Below, one piece after another: positions 51,694-61,683 of a DNA stretch of 64,000 nucleotides. The DNA comes from an uncultured Staphylococcus sp. Lineage in GTDB: Bacteria > Bacteroidota > Bacteroidia > Bacteroidales > Muribaculaceae. Position 1 is the stretch's first letter, and each line of letters opens with the position of its first letter. A program made the position numbers and the translations under genes. The DNA is taken from the NCBI GenBank assembly GCA_964488595.1, contig CAZAWC010000001.1, positions 9,958-73,957 of the forward strand, written 5' to 3'. The notes below the pieces were generated by a model, which worked only from the letters and a program-made list of their open reading frames with translations, did no database searches and was not told where the DNA came from.

Positions 51694-53018
51694 TTTCGGC
51701 GGTTGTCTATAAACTTGATCGGTTTTCTGTTGCTGGCCGGATTGTTGATCCTGTTGACATCCTCCGGCGACAGGATCTCGACAATCGGTGCCACACGGAT
51801 GCGAGACCTGAAACGGTCTTTAAGGTCCTTGATGACATCAAACGATTGTGGCGTAGAGATGCCCACCTTTACCACCACTTCGTCGGTACCGGCATAGCTG
51901 TTCTGCACCACGACTACATAATTCACCACGTAGGGGGTATTGTCAAGCACATCATTGATAGCGGGGGGATAGATAGTGGTGCCCTTGAGCTTGATCATGT
52001 TGTTCTTCCTGCCGACCAGCGGGGTGAGCCGGTATGAATTGCGGCCACATTCACACCGCGAAGTGATCTTGCTGCTGATGTCGCCGGTGCGGAAACGCAA
52101 CAAGGGCATCCCCTCGACCCCGAGCGTCGTCACCACCACCTCTCCGGCCTCGCCGTCACTGACAGGGAGATTGTCATCACCGATTATCTCGACGATGATC
52201 AGCTCGGGGTGCACGTGGCCTCCACACCCGAAAGGACATTCAGAGAAGGTTGCGCCCATTTCGGTCGAAGAATAGGTGGCAAACAGCTCGACATCCCACT
52301 TCTCCTTAATTCGGTGGCCGAGCAGATTGAGGTTGAAGTCCTGTTCCCTAAGGCCCTCACCTATGCCGATGATACGCTTCACGCTCGAGCCACGGTAGTC
52401 GATGCCGTGCTGTTCGGCATATTCGATCAACCTCAGGATGAACGATGGCACACACATCAGAGTGTCGGGCTTCAGACGGCGGATAGTGTCCCACTGCAGT
52501 TCAGGCATGCCGTTACCCACACGGATCACACTCGCGCCCAATTTCCTTATGCCAAGGAAATAGGCAAGACCGGCCATAAAGCGTTTGTCAAGCGTAGTCA
52601 TCAGCTGGATGATGTCGCCGGGTCTCACCCCGGCACAGCGGAAGGACTTCATCTCGTTGTAGGCGAGGCGTTCGAGGTCTGACTCGGTGCAACCGAAAGT
52701 GACGGGGTCGCCCAAGGTTCCCGATGTGGTGATGTAGTCGACGATCTTTTCAGGCGCTACACACAGGAAGTCTCTGTTGTGCAGCTGCAGGTCTTTCTTC
52801 TCTGTGAAAGGGAGCCTGACAAGATCATCCACTGTCTTTATGGCGGATATGTCGATCTTCTGTTCCCGGAACATCCTCTGATAGAAAGGAGACTGTCGCG
52901 AAAGATAGTCCAATGCCATTCGGAGCCGTTGATTCTGGAAGGCATTGATCTCGTCGACCGAGCAAAATTCTATATCTTTTTGATCAGTGTATTTCATCTG
53001 AATATCTTTTTCAGCCAA
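51690..53018 (-). CDS. Phenylacetate-CoA ligase family AMP-binding enzyme
   Basis: LPFTEK, TTSGTLG, YSSTE, LLRFRTGD and GRKNNMIKLKG motifs. Confidence 0.88.
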   Translation of the reverse strand: MAEKDIQMKYTDQKDIEFCSVDEINAFQNQRLRMALDYLSRQSPFYQRMFREQKIDISAIKTVDDLVRLPFTEKKDLQLHNRDFLCVAPEKIVDYITTSGTLGDPVTFGCTESDLERLAYNEMKSFRCAGVRPGDIIQLMTTLDKRFMAGLAYFLGIRKLGASVIRVGNGMPELQWDTIRRLKPDTLMCVPSFILRLIEYAEQHGIDYRGSSVKRIIGIGEGLREQDFNLNLLGHRIKEKWDVELFATYSSTEMGATFSECPFGCGGHVHPELIIVEIIGDDNLPVSDGEAGEVVVTTLGVEGMPLLRFRTGDISSKITSRCECGRNSYRLTPLVGRKNNMIKLKGTTIYPPAINDVLDNTPYVVNYVVVVQNSYAGTDEVVVKVGISTPQSFDVIKDLKDRFRSRIRVAPIVEILSPEDVNRINNPASNRKPIKFIDNRRK

Positions 53019-53896
53019 TCAATGAAGTCCTCTCGCCATGCTATAGCCTCGGGGGTGGTTTTCTCCGGAGTGGCACCAAATCCATGTCCTCCCGTCTCAT
53101 AGCGTACATACCTGTGCGGGACGTCCATAGCCGTCATAGCCGAATCGAGCAACTCGGAATTATGATAATCGACTATCGGGTCATCCACACAATTCATCAG
53201 ATATGTGGGGGGCATATCAGCCCTGACATGCCGCTCGAGCGACAGCGAATCCTTCATGACTCGGCTTATCGATTTGCCCTCTCCCAGCAGTCCGCGGCGC
53301 GAACGTTTGTGGACAGATTTGTCAACGAGCGACACCACCGGATAGATCGGGGCTATGAAATCGGGCTTGAGCGACACGCGGGGAGTGATGCCTACGGACG
53401 ACAGCAGATCATTGTCGAAAAACAGGCCCGACATAGCTGTCAGATGGCCGCCGGCCGAGAACCCCATCACACCGAGCCGGTTAGGGTCGATCCCGTAGCT
53501 CCGGGCATTCTCACGCACCAGCTGGATGCTTCTCTGCACATCCATCAGCATATCGGGATAGCGGTTGCCGCGGGATAACAGACGGTAATGAGTGATAAAT
53601 CCGGCGATGCCGCCCACCCGATATTCCAGCACGAATGCCGTGATGCCTTGCGACTGCAGCCACTGTGCCACACCTACTCCCTCTGTCTTTTTGTCAAGCC
53701 AGAAGTAGCTGCCTCCGGGGCACACGATTATCGCGATATTATTGTCACCTGCAGCCGGATATGGCGTGAGTGTTACGGTCGACTTACATTCCGTCCCCGC
53801 CCAGATGTTGATGGGGGCCGGACTTTCGGCGCTCACATCGGTCATGATGAGTAGCGAAAGGATGGCTATGGACAATCTAACTATTACCTGCGGCAT
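52994..53896 (-). CDS. Secreted alpha/beta hydrolase (BD-FAE/lipase-like esterase)
   Basis: CPGGSY, GVMGFSAGGH, PIYPV and GGHGFG motifs. Start probably at MPQVIV (53896). Confidence 0.85.
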   Translation of the reverse strand: MPQVIVRLSIAILSLLIMTDVSAESPAPINIWAGTECKSTVTLTPYPAAGDNNIAIIVCPGGSYFWLDKKTEGVGVAQWLQSQGITAFVLEYRVGGIAGFITHYRLLSRGNRYPDMLMDVQRSIQLVRENARSYGIDPNRLGVMGFSAGGHLTAMSGLFFDNDLLSSVGITPRVSLKPDFIAPIYPVVSLVDKSVHKRSRRGLLGEGKSISRVMKDSLSLERHVRADMPPTYLMNCVDDPIVDYHNSELLDSAMTAMDVPHRYVRYETGGHGFGATPEKTTPEAIAWREDFIDWLKKIFR

Positions 53897-55388
53897 GATT
53901 GATTTTTTTAACAATAAAATTTCTACCTAATATTGCCTCGGCTGTGTTTATAGCGGTCAAAGGCACACCACAGATACCGTGCAGATTGATGTTCTGCCCG
54001 GTGAGGAGGAGATTCCTCACCTTGGTATGGACAGAGAGCTGCGAGAGAATGAGATTGTCGCAGTCCTTGCGGTAACCGAATATCGAGCCCTCCTTGGTGT
54101 GATAGTAATCGCGTATAGTGAGCGGGCTGGCGGCATAGACGCTGTCGATCATTTTCGAGAAGCCGGGAAACACGTTTTCCAGTCTGGAGAGTATCCTGTC
54201 GACACACTGCTGTTTCCACTGCAGATATGCCTTACCCCTGCGCCCGAGGGTGGTGTCCTCCCATTTTCTCACTTGGTCAAAGCTCATGATGCAGTGCACC
54301 AGCAATCTGCCCGCATATTCGCCCTGATTGGAGTCGGGAGGGGTCATATACATGAAGCCCCGTGGCCAATCATTGCCATCGGCCTTGTCCTGTGTCCACA
54401 TAGAGCCAAAATCCTCCATGTAATAACAAGTATGGTCGATATATGGGAGCATGTGAGGTTTAAGATCAATAAACAGCGAAAATGCCGAATAGGACGAGGG
54501 TATCTCGTCAAGACGCTTCAGGTATCCCTTCAGGAATGTCCCTTTGGAGACAAGTCTCACCATCTCGACAGGATGGATGGAGGATATGTACCAGTCACCG
54601 GCATACCGTTTGCCCACGGAAGTCTCCACAAAAGAGACATTCCTGTCGGCCACTTCGATTCCCGTCACCTCGCTGTCGGGGATCACCTCGCCCCCGTGAG
54701 CGCTTATCACACACTTCAGCGCATCGGCCAACTGCTGACTCCCGTCGATGAATCGGGATGCGCCATTGATGTAAAGCACATTGATCAGCGCATGTATATA
54801 GGCGGGAGTGTGACCCTCCACCCCACCGTACAGAGGATTGAGATATGCCAGTATCTCCTGAAGTTTCTTATCCGACACATAGTGGGCTATGAGCTTGTCG
54901 GCCGGCCACACAAACTTGTCGGAATGGATCACGATGCCCTGCGGCTCCTCTCTCAGATAAAACAGAGGCACCTCCTCCGTGAGCCTGTAGAGTTCATCGA
55001 CATAAGCCTTGATCCCCTCGGCTTCGTGAGGGAAATACCCGGACAACCTTGCGACAAAAGCATCGCGCCCCGATGCAATCCTGAATACCTCGCCGGTGGT
55101 CTCATATCTGATCTCGTCCATGCACTCTCTGTCGATGTGATGGATTCTGAGGGTGTCGAGAATCCCGAGATATCTGCATATCTTCTCCAGACTTCCCCCC
55201 TCTTCGAATCCGCCCATCACATGCATGCCGGTCTCGAAGATCTTATTTTTCCGTCTGAAGCATTGCAGGCCGCCGCCAATGATATGATTCTTCTCGAGAA
55301 CCGTCACATCGATGCCGTTTTTCGCAAGGAAAGCACCCGTAAAAAGGCCTCCGATGCCACCTCCTATTATAATAGCTCGTTTGTTCAT
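53877..55388 (-). CDS. Phytoene desaturase / retinol-saturase-like FAD oxidoreductase (copy 2)
   Basis: IIGGGIGG, FETGMH, SPLTIRDY and LTGQNINLHG motifs. Confidence 0.85.
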   Translation of the reverse strand: MNKRAIIIGGGIGGLFTGAFLAKNGIDVTVLEKNHIIGGGLQCFRRKNKIFETGMHVMGGFEEGGSLEKICRYLGILDTLRIHHIDRECMDEIRYETTGEVFRIASGRDAFVARLSGYFPHEAEGIKAYVDELYRLTEEVPLFYLREEPQGIVIHSDKFVWPADKLIAHYVSDKKLQEILAYLNPLYGGVEGHTPAYIHALINVLYINGASRFIDGSQQLADALKCVISAHGGEVIPDSEVTGIEVADRNVSFVETSVGKRYAGDWYISSIHPVEMVRLVSKGTFLKGYLKRLDEIPSSYSAFSLFIDLKPHMLPYIDHTCYYMEDFGSMWTQDKADGNDWPRGFMYMTPPDSNQGEYAGRLLVHCIMSFDQVRKWEDTTLGRRGKAYLQWKQQCVDRILSRLENVFPGFSKMIDSVYAASPLTIRDYYHTKEGSIFGYRKDCDNLILSQLSVHTKVRNLLLTGQNINLHGICGVPLTAINTAEAILGRNFIVKKINHAAGNS

Positions 55389-56881
55389 CTGTTTGCTTCA
55401 ATTATCCCTTGATATATTTTCTCTGCCGTCAACAGCTCAGAACATGTCACGATGCTCCCGACGAGAACTCCGAGCATACCGTGAGAGTTGATATTCTGTC
55501 CGGTCAGCAGCATGTTTGGAATCTTGGTCTTATGAGGCACACGACAGGCCGCTCCAAGCGTTATGTCTTTGGCCACACCATACATGGACCCATCCTGTGT
55601 GCCTGTATAGTCGAGATAAGTCAGCGGCGTGGCGGTATAGTAAGCCTCGATGCTGCCGCGCAGTCCGGGAAATTCCTTTTCCACCTCACTGATGAGTCTC
55701 TCGGCACGATTTTTCTTGAACATCTCATAGTCCATACCCCGGTGTCCTACTGTCGTCCCCTTCCATCGCTCGACATCGGACATGTTCATATATGACAATA
55801 TCACACCGCTACGGGCATATTGAGGCTGATCTGAATCGCAGAAGTGCATGTAGAGGTAGCCCTTGGGCCATGAAGCCTCGGTATAATTCTCACATCCCCA
55901 TGGAGTATTGTTGACAAAACTGTAATAATTGGAATTAAGATAGGGGACGGCCGACTCCTTGAATTTCAGATACACGGAGAATCCGGCTGTCGTGTTCCTT
56001 AATGCACTGATTCTGTTTCTGAATGCGGGGCGGATCAATTTCGTGTCCAACATCTCCATCAGGCGTGCCGGATGGATGTCGGCAATGATAAGATCCGCAC
56101 CCATGAACCGATCGCCGTTTATCTCGACACCTGTGGCCCTGCTGTCGTCACACATGATTCCCGAGACACGACTCCCCGTGAGGACCTCGCCGCCATGAGC
56201 CCGGATGGTCGCCGACAGCGACGACGCGATATGGTCGCTGCCCCCGACTATCCTGAAAGCACTTTGATTGTAGAAGTCCATGATAAACGCGTGCTGGGAG
56301 AAAGGAGTCTTGTCTCTCTCGGCAGCATATAGAGGGAGCGACCCGACCAATACGTTCTTGAGCAGCTCGTCAGTGAACAGACTGTCCATGACCTCGTTGA
56401 TGCTGATGGTCTGATAGAAGGTGTTGACGACCACATCATTCTCGGCATAGCGCAACGAATGGAGCGACGAGGCCTGTGCGATGCGTTCGATGATGTCATA
56501 GTAGAGAGCCAGATTATCCTTCTCGCCCGGGAAGTATGCGCCCATCTGTTCGATGAAAGGGTCTCTGCCGTTGGCAAACCTGAATCTGTCGCCCCCCAAC
56601 GCCACAATGTCATAGCACGACGGGTCGAGGCGGCTCAACCTGACGTCTGAAAGGTTGAGGTAACGCATCAACTTATACAGTGTCTGTCCCGGCGCGGCAC
56701 TCCCTATAAAGTGCATCCCGGTCTCAAACCTCGCTCCTTGTCGCGAGAAACATTGAAGGCACCCCCCTATGCGGTGATGCTGTTCCAGAACAGTCACGTC
56801 ATAACCGTTGCGGGACAGGATGACGCCGCATGAAAGGCCTCCGAGGCCACTTCCGATTATTATACACTTTTTCTTATTCAT
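55385..56881 (-). CDS. Phytoene desaturase / retinol-saturase-like FAD oxidoreductase (copy 1)
   Basis: IIGSGLGG, FETGMH, TPLTYLDY and LTGQNINSHG motifs. Confidence 0.85.
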   Translation of the reverse strand: MNKKKCIIIGSGLGGLSCGVILSRNGYDVTVLEQHHRIGGCLQCFSRQGARFETGMHFIGSAAPGQTLYKLMRYLNLSDVRLSRLDPSCYDIVALGGDRFRFANGRDPFIEQMGAYFPGEKDNLALYYDIIERIAQASSLHSLRYAENDVVVNTFYQTISINEVMDSLFTDELLKNVLVGSLPLYAAERDKTPFSQHAFIMDFYNQSAFRIVGGSDHIASSLSATIRAHGGEVLTGSRVSGIMCDDSRATGVEINGDRFMGADLIIADIHPARLMEMLDTKLIRPAFRNRISALRNTTAGFSVYLKFKESAVPYLNSNYYSFVNNTPWGCENYTEASWPKGYLYMHFCDSDQPQYARSGVILSYMNMSDVERWKGTTVGHRGMDYEMFKKNRAERLISEVEKEFPGLRGSIEAYYTATPLTYLDYTGTQDGSMYGVAKDITLGAACRVPHKTKIPNMLLTGQNINSHGMLGVLVGSIVTCSELLTAEKIYQGIIEANR

Positions 56882-58860
56882 GAGGGTATGGAGAGGCGTA
56901 ACTCCTGTTCAGTAACCGGGATTGTCGAATCAGGATCATTGAGTATGATAGTCAATTGGCTGTTATCTTCACCATCATTCAGCTCGCTGTCCCACACGGC
57001 GTGAATGAAATGAAGGTTGTCCGGTAGTCCGGCGGTGGATGCTGCCACCTCATGATCGGCAAGATTGCTCTCGTAGGCGAACACCTCGGTCGAACGGTTG
57101 ACCAAGGCAAATAGCAGTGCGAATGTGCCGATGCCGCTGTTGAGAATGCGCACAGCCCCGTAACGATGTCCCCCGTCGATTATTTCAGAGTGTCTCATGG
57201 CCTCCTTCAGGGTGTGTTTACACCGCGACACATTGCTCCATCCCCGGTAAGCATACTTATAGAGGATCAAGTCGCGGAAATAAGAAGCTGTTTCTCTCTC
57301 ATGCACAAGTCTGTCATATTCACTCTTGATCATCTGCCTGAACGTAGATGCCCTCCGGCGTAGTGACAGGTCAGCATAGCGGGTCGAGGAGACCCGCGGC
57401 ATTATCGACAGAGTGATCTGTCCCGTGCGCAGCATGAAGTCTTTCTTAGGCAGATAATGTCCCGCGCCATGCAACACCATGGGCAGGATGTCGAGCCCAA
57501 GCTCCTGTGCCAGATAAAATGCCCCTTGATGAAATCTCAGTATCTCACAGTCGGCCGAACGTGTCCCTTCGGGAAACACCACAATAGAATAGCCGCGGTT
57601 TTTGAGATCTCTGAGCCGGGGGAGTATTGTATCCATCCCTGCCGAGACCGGCAAGAACTCGGCATTATGGATGATCTTCCCATAGAAAAAGTTATTCCAT
57701 ACCCAATCGTTGGTCAGAAATATCAGCTTGGGGTGCAACGACATGAGCACCGGCAGATCGAGGTGTGACTGATGGTTGCAAATGATCAACGCAGGATCGT
57801 CAAACGTCTCGCCATGCGGATTAAGAATCGACGTCCCACAGGCCGGGAAGCGCTTTGTGAGAAATGACGAGATCCATTGAAGCATCTTGTGAAAACGGAG
57901 CTTCTTGCGTTCCGTATTCTTCCCGATACTGAAATAGATGAGGGACAGAGGCGTGAAAATCCCAATGGACCAAAAGATGAAATACACAATCCCATACATC
58001 GATCTGGCCACGCGACCCATTGTCACGGCAGCCTCCCTCCTGCGCCCGGCACTGTGAGTGAAGATTTTGAATTCCTTAGCAAACAGCCTCTTATGCGACA
58101 CGGCATTCCAAAGCATGGCCGGGAGACCATAGACCACGGCAGCGCCACACAAAAGGGTGTTCAACAGACTGATCCGTGTGAAGTCAAGCGCCGGCTTGAA
58201 GTGGGAGACACGCTCGGCCCGGGGCGGATAGTAGACCCTGATGGGTATGGCGTGGAGCTCGATGCCGTGCCATGCGGCAAAAACCAGCAATTCCAGCTCG
58301 GCTTCATATCTGCTGGTCAACAGCGAGAGACCGCGCAGACGGTGTAACGGATAAGCCCTGTATCCCGTCTGTGTGTCATTGAGCCGACACCCGGTCTGGA
58401 CGCGAAACCAAAAATTGGAGAACTTATTCGCAAACGAGCTCCCGGCATTTATATCAACGTCCGAGAGATCACGTTCGCCCACGATCAAGGCCCCGTAATG
58501 CTCGGCGATCGCCTGTACGAACGATGGAATATCGTCGGCATAATGCTGACCGTCGGAGTCAATGGTTATGGCATAACGGTAACCCGACTCGATAGCTTGA
58601 CGGAATCCGGCTTTCAGCGCGTGCCCCTTGCCTCTGTTCCTGTCATATGAAACGATCGTAACAGAATCCCTCACTTCCTCAAGTATCCGGGCAGTCGCAT
58701 CTGTGCTCCCGTCATTGACGACAATAATGTCTGCCGAGTATTTCATGACCTCGGAAATGACGTGGCGGAGCGTCCCGGCGTTATTGAACGTCGGAATCAA
58801 GACACAGATCCTCAATCTGCGCATCGTCTCGATCAGGTCCCTTTTACCGGAGTATGTCAT
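56878..58860 (-). CDS. GT2 glycosyltransferase fused to a PlsC acyltransferase and a degenerate methyltransferase-like tail
   Basis: LIPTFNN, VNDGSTD, NRGKG, DSDGQH and DTQTGYR; then NHQSHLD and FPEGTRS. Confidence 0.85.
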   Translation of the reverse strand: MTYSGKRDLIETMRRLRICVLIPTFNNAGTLRHVISEVMKYSADIIVVNDGSTDATARILEEVRDSVTIVSYDRNRGKGHALKAGFRQAIESGYRYAITIDSDGQHYADDIPSFVQAIAEHYGALIVGERDLSDVDINAGSSFANKFSNFWFRVQTGCRLNDTQTGYRAYPLHRLRGLSLLTSRYEAELELLVFAAWHGIELHAIPIRVYYPPRAERVSHFKPALDFTRISLLNTLLCGAAVVYGLPAMLWNAVSHKRLFAKEFKIFTHSAGRRREAAVTMGRVARSMYGIVYFIFWSIGIFTPLSLIYFSIGKNTERKKLRFHKMLQWISSFLTKRFPACGTSILNPHGETFDDPALIICNHQSHLDLPVLMSLHPKLIFLTNDWVWNNFFYGKIIHNAEFLPVSAGMDTILPRLRDLKNRGYSIVVFPEGTRSADCEILRFHQGAFYLAQELGLDILPMVLHGAGHYLPKKDFMLRTGQITLSIMPRVSSTRYADLSLRRRASTFRQMIKSEYDRLVHERETASYFRDLILYKYAYRGWSNVSRCKHTLKEAMRHSEIIDGGHRYGAVRILNSGIGTFALLFALVNRSTEVFAYESNLADHEVAASTAGLPDNLHFIHAVWDSELNDGEDNSQLTIILNDPDSTIPVTEQELRLSIPS

Positions 58861-59228
58861 TTGACCCTGTAGACAAGCGATAATTTTGTAAAGACCCTAT
58901 CAGTGTCTCTGACTTCTACCGAGACTTTCGCGCTGCGGGACTCATCATCGATGATCACTCTCCTGAACTTGTACTCAACCACGGGGGTCTCCACGGGATT
59001 TATCACGGCCAGATATTTAGCGTTCTGCACGGCGCAGAGCTCCATGGGCAATTCACAAAACCTCGTCAGCAATTCGGAGGCAATCTGTATGATGCACACT
59101 CCCGGGGTGATGGGTTGTCCGGGAAAGTGCGCGCGATAGATCGTGCAATCAGGTATCAGCGACAGTGAGAATGTCATGTTGTCATGATCTTCCGATGCGA
59201 TCCTATATAAGTTATTCTTCAGTTTCAT
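58857..59228 (-). CDS. FabA/FabZ-like (ApeI-like) hot-dog dehydratase
   Basis: 123 aa with AHFPGQPITPGVC. Confidence 0.85.
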   Translation of the reverse strand: MKLKNNLYRIASEDHDNMTFSLSLIPDCTIYRAHFPGQPITPGVCIIQIASELLTRFCELPMELCAVQNAKYLAVINPVETPVVEYKFRRVIIDDESRSAKVSVEVRDTDRVFTKLSLVYRVK

Positions 59229-59703
59229 CTTCGTTTGCAGTGACTGATAAAGGTGAAAATGAGTATCTGATATGCCTCTTCCCGTTATTAATCGTCAAGT
59301 TGTCATCATCACGGACCACTTCGTAGGCCTGCTTGCCGCCTTGAGGGAGAGCATACAGCACTTTCACACAGTATTTCAAATCATTCTTAAGGACATGTCT
59401 TATGTACCACTTATCAAGAAAACTGACCACGTTCAACAATTTGACCTTGTCCTTCCTCTTAGAGTAGGAAAAATCAATGGCCGACACGCCAAACTCATTG
59501 ATCATGCTGGCGTTGATGTATTCATCATCCTCATGTGCAATCATTATCCCGGATACAAATCCGCCGGAAGTCTCGATTCCAAACCTGTATCTCACACCCT
59601 GCTCCCTTGCGGGCACAGGCTCAGCACACGAGGCCACAGCATCGAAGTCGGACATCATCAGCAGGATGACGACATTACTTAGGAATAGCAAAAAGATTCT
59701 CAT
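59212..59703 (-). CDS. Hypothetical exported protein of the lipid cluster
   Basis: Hydrophobic N-terminus from MRIFLLF (59703) and SG...NEFG motif; overlaps both neighbours. Confidence 0.6.
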   Translation of the reverse strand: MRIFLLFLSNVVILLMMSDFDAVASCAEPVPAREQGVRYRFGIETSGGFVSGIMIAHEDDEYINASMINEFGVSAIDFSYSKRKDKVKLLNVVSFLDKWYIRHVLKNDLKYCVKVLYALPQGGKQAYEVVRDDDNLTINNGKRHIRYSFSPLSVTANEDETEE

Positions 59704-60310
59704 TGACTGGAGTGCCGGTGGTGATATTCTTGAGTCGGATATTAGTGCGGTCACTGTTCTTCTCATAGATATTTATTTCCGCTATCATGAGGTCGGACTT
59801 GCTGAACGAAAGTTCTATCTGCCGGAACATATTCCTCATCTCCTTTTTCTTCGGGGTCAAGGTTATCTTCCACCTAGCCCCTCCGTCGGCCACATCTATA
59901 TTGAAGTCGGCAGAGTTTGAGAGAGCCGTGCCGGTCACAGTGCTCATCATGATTCTCGCCACCTCCTTGAAGACCCTGTTGGTCTGAGTGTCTATGACAT
60001 CCTTGCGCGAGTTATTTCCGACATAGACCTTGGTGCCGTTGAAGATGAACAGATATCGATAGGGCTTCAGATACTCCCACCTGAGTTTATTGGGCTGTAC
60101 ATAGTTCATCGCACCCTCCGACACCATTCTGTCGCTGAGCAGAGACAGATATTTCGTCTGGGTGAACGTGCAGCTCATTGACTTCATGCCCGATGCCGCT
60201 TTATTGATACGCGATATTATATCCTCTTTCTGCTGCTGTGTCAGGGGCGATGCGGCCGACGTCACCGAGCAGAACAATGTCAGGAGCAGTATTGACAATA
60301 TTTTTTTCAT
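59675..60310 (-). CDS. LolA-family periplasmic lipid carrier
   Basis: Signal peptide; FTQTK and PNKLRWEYLKPY motifs. Confidence 0.85.
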   Translation of the reverse strand: MKKILSILLLTLFCSVTSAASPLTQQQKEDIISRINKAASGMKSMSCTFTQTKYLSLLSDRMVSEGAMNYVQPNKLRWEYLKPYRYLFIFNGTKVYVGNNSRKDVIDTQTNRVFKEVARIMMSTVTGTALSNSADFNIDVADGGARWKITLTPKKKEMRNMFRQIELSFSKSDLMIAEINIYEKNSDRTNIRLKNITTGTPVNENLFAIPK

Positions 60311-60316
60311 CTTGTT

Positions 60317-60670
60317 TCATTTAGCTACAAACACACATCCGGCCATGATCAGAGCCACACCTATCCAGCGGTTGAGAGAGACACTCTCGTGGAGAAACAC
60401 GATGGCGAACAGCAGGGCGAAGACATAGCTCATGCTCGCCATGGGATAAGCCATGTTGAGCGGAAAATGTTTCAATATGTACATCCATAATATCGACGCG
60501 CCCCCAAACAGCACACCACACAGCATGAACCACCAGTTGGTGAGCAAATCGCCCCAAAAATGTGCCGTCCATGAGAATGATGGCATCTTGGCCAACGCTA
60601 TTTTCAACGTCAGCTGACCGAACGAGAGCATGATGCTCTGTATCACAGAAAGTCCAATCAATTGCCACAT
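60317..60670 (-). CDS. Small EamA/SMR (ArnE/ArnF-like) membrane protein
   Basis: 117 aa, 4 TM, with GQLTLK, PLNMAYP and FLHE...RWIG. Confidence 0.8.
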   Translation of the reverse strand: MWQLIGLSVIQSIMLSFGQLTLKIALAKMPSFSWTAHFWGDLLTNWWFMLCGVLFGGASILWMYILKHFPLNMAYPMASMSYVFALLFAIVFLHESVSLNRWIGVALIMAGCVFVAK

Positions 60671-60674
60671 GACA

Positions 60675-61673
60675 TCAAACCCTTTTAAGTCTTATCAATG
60701 ACCAAGCGGAATTCTCCGACTGGTTGAGGATGGTGATACGCCCCGGACCTTCGCTTAAGCTGATTTCCGGATTATTAATGGCCATGAATCGAGGGACACT
60801 TCCCCTCTCAAGGATCCTGGCCCCGACATAGAACGCAAGTGCCGGAGCTGAGAAACTGTCACCGAATATGTGTTTATATCTCAACACCTGCGGAGTGAAC
60901 GGAAGAGCTTCAATCAATTTCTCATATGGTTTGTCATTCAACTCATTGCCATTGACGCCAAGAAGCATGACCCTGTCAGCGTCCTCACTCAGACGATGAG
61001 CGAGCGCTTCAGGGCGAGGCCTGTAAAACAGCTTCACGTCCTCAATCTCGCATATGGTGCGTGGTGTGAGCGTGGCCGACAGTATGGCCGAGACTGATGC
61101 CTCGGAAATAAAATCATACTCGGGGTGTGTGCGCCTCAACACGAGATTCATGAAGGGAGTGACTTCGTCATGAGCACCCACGAGGGCACTGGCGATCTGA
61201 CCGCTTCTGAGCTGCATCCAAGCGTCGAGCAGCGCACTCTCGAAGGAAATACCCTTGTGAGAGTATGTATTGTTATAGCCGTGACACTTGAGTATGATGG
61301 CAATGAGCGAACTGATCGTGTTGTGGGTGGATTGCATGAAAAGTGTGGGCTTCAGACAATTCTCGCCAAATCGGCTCAGGTCGATAAGAAATTTCTCTGA
61401 ATTTTCCATGCACCCCATACCCGTGCCGGTGATGATGGCGTCAGGGTGTCTGATACCCGAATCATTAAGCGCGGTAATGGACGTGCTCACCGTCCGCTTG
61501 AGGATGCGGCTCATTCTCCGGGCTTCAGAAGGCACTATCAGGCCTTTGGTGTCAGGTTCCTGAGCCCTCGCATAGCTCTCTTCATATAGGGATGGCGAGG
61601 CAAACCACTCGTCGGAGAGCGGCTTCTGGCACGAGACCTGTGCCAACGACTGTATGAAAACTTTCGATGCCAA
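60675..61673 (-). CDS. Ketosynthase chain-length factor (KS-like)
   Basis: ARRMSR, PTLFMQSTHN and SFESAL motifs; lacks the catalytic Cys/His. Confidence 0.82.
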   Translation of the reverse strand: MASKVFIQSLAQVSCQKPLSDEWFASPSLYEESYARAQEPDTKGLIVPSEARRMSRILKRTVSTSITALNDSGIRHPDAIITGTGMGCMENSEKFLIDLSRFGENCLKPTLFMQSTHNTISSLIAIILKCHGYNNTYSHKGISFESALLDAWMQLRSGQIASALVGAHDEVTPFMNLVLRRTHPEYDFISEASVSAILSATLTPRTICEIEDVKLFYRPRPEALAHRLSEDADRVMLLGVNGNELNDKPYEKLIEALPFTPQVLRYKHIFGDSFSAPALAFYVGARILERGSVPRFMAINNPEISLSEGPGRITILNQSENSAWSLIRLKRV

Positions 61674-61683
61674 ATTAAACCTG

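Noticed and set aside
53979-55412. 477-aa plus-strand ORF
   Set aside because: Antisense to the FAD oxidoreductase, with no recognisable domain.
60321-60668. 115-aa alternative-frame ORF
   Set aside because: Overlaps the convincing 4-TM EamA/SMR gene on the same strand.
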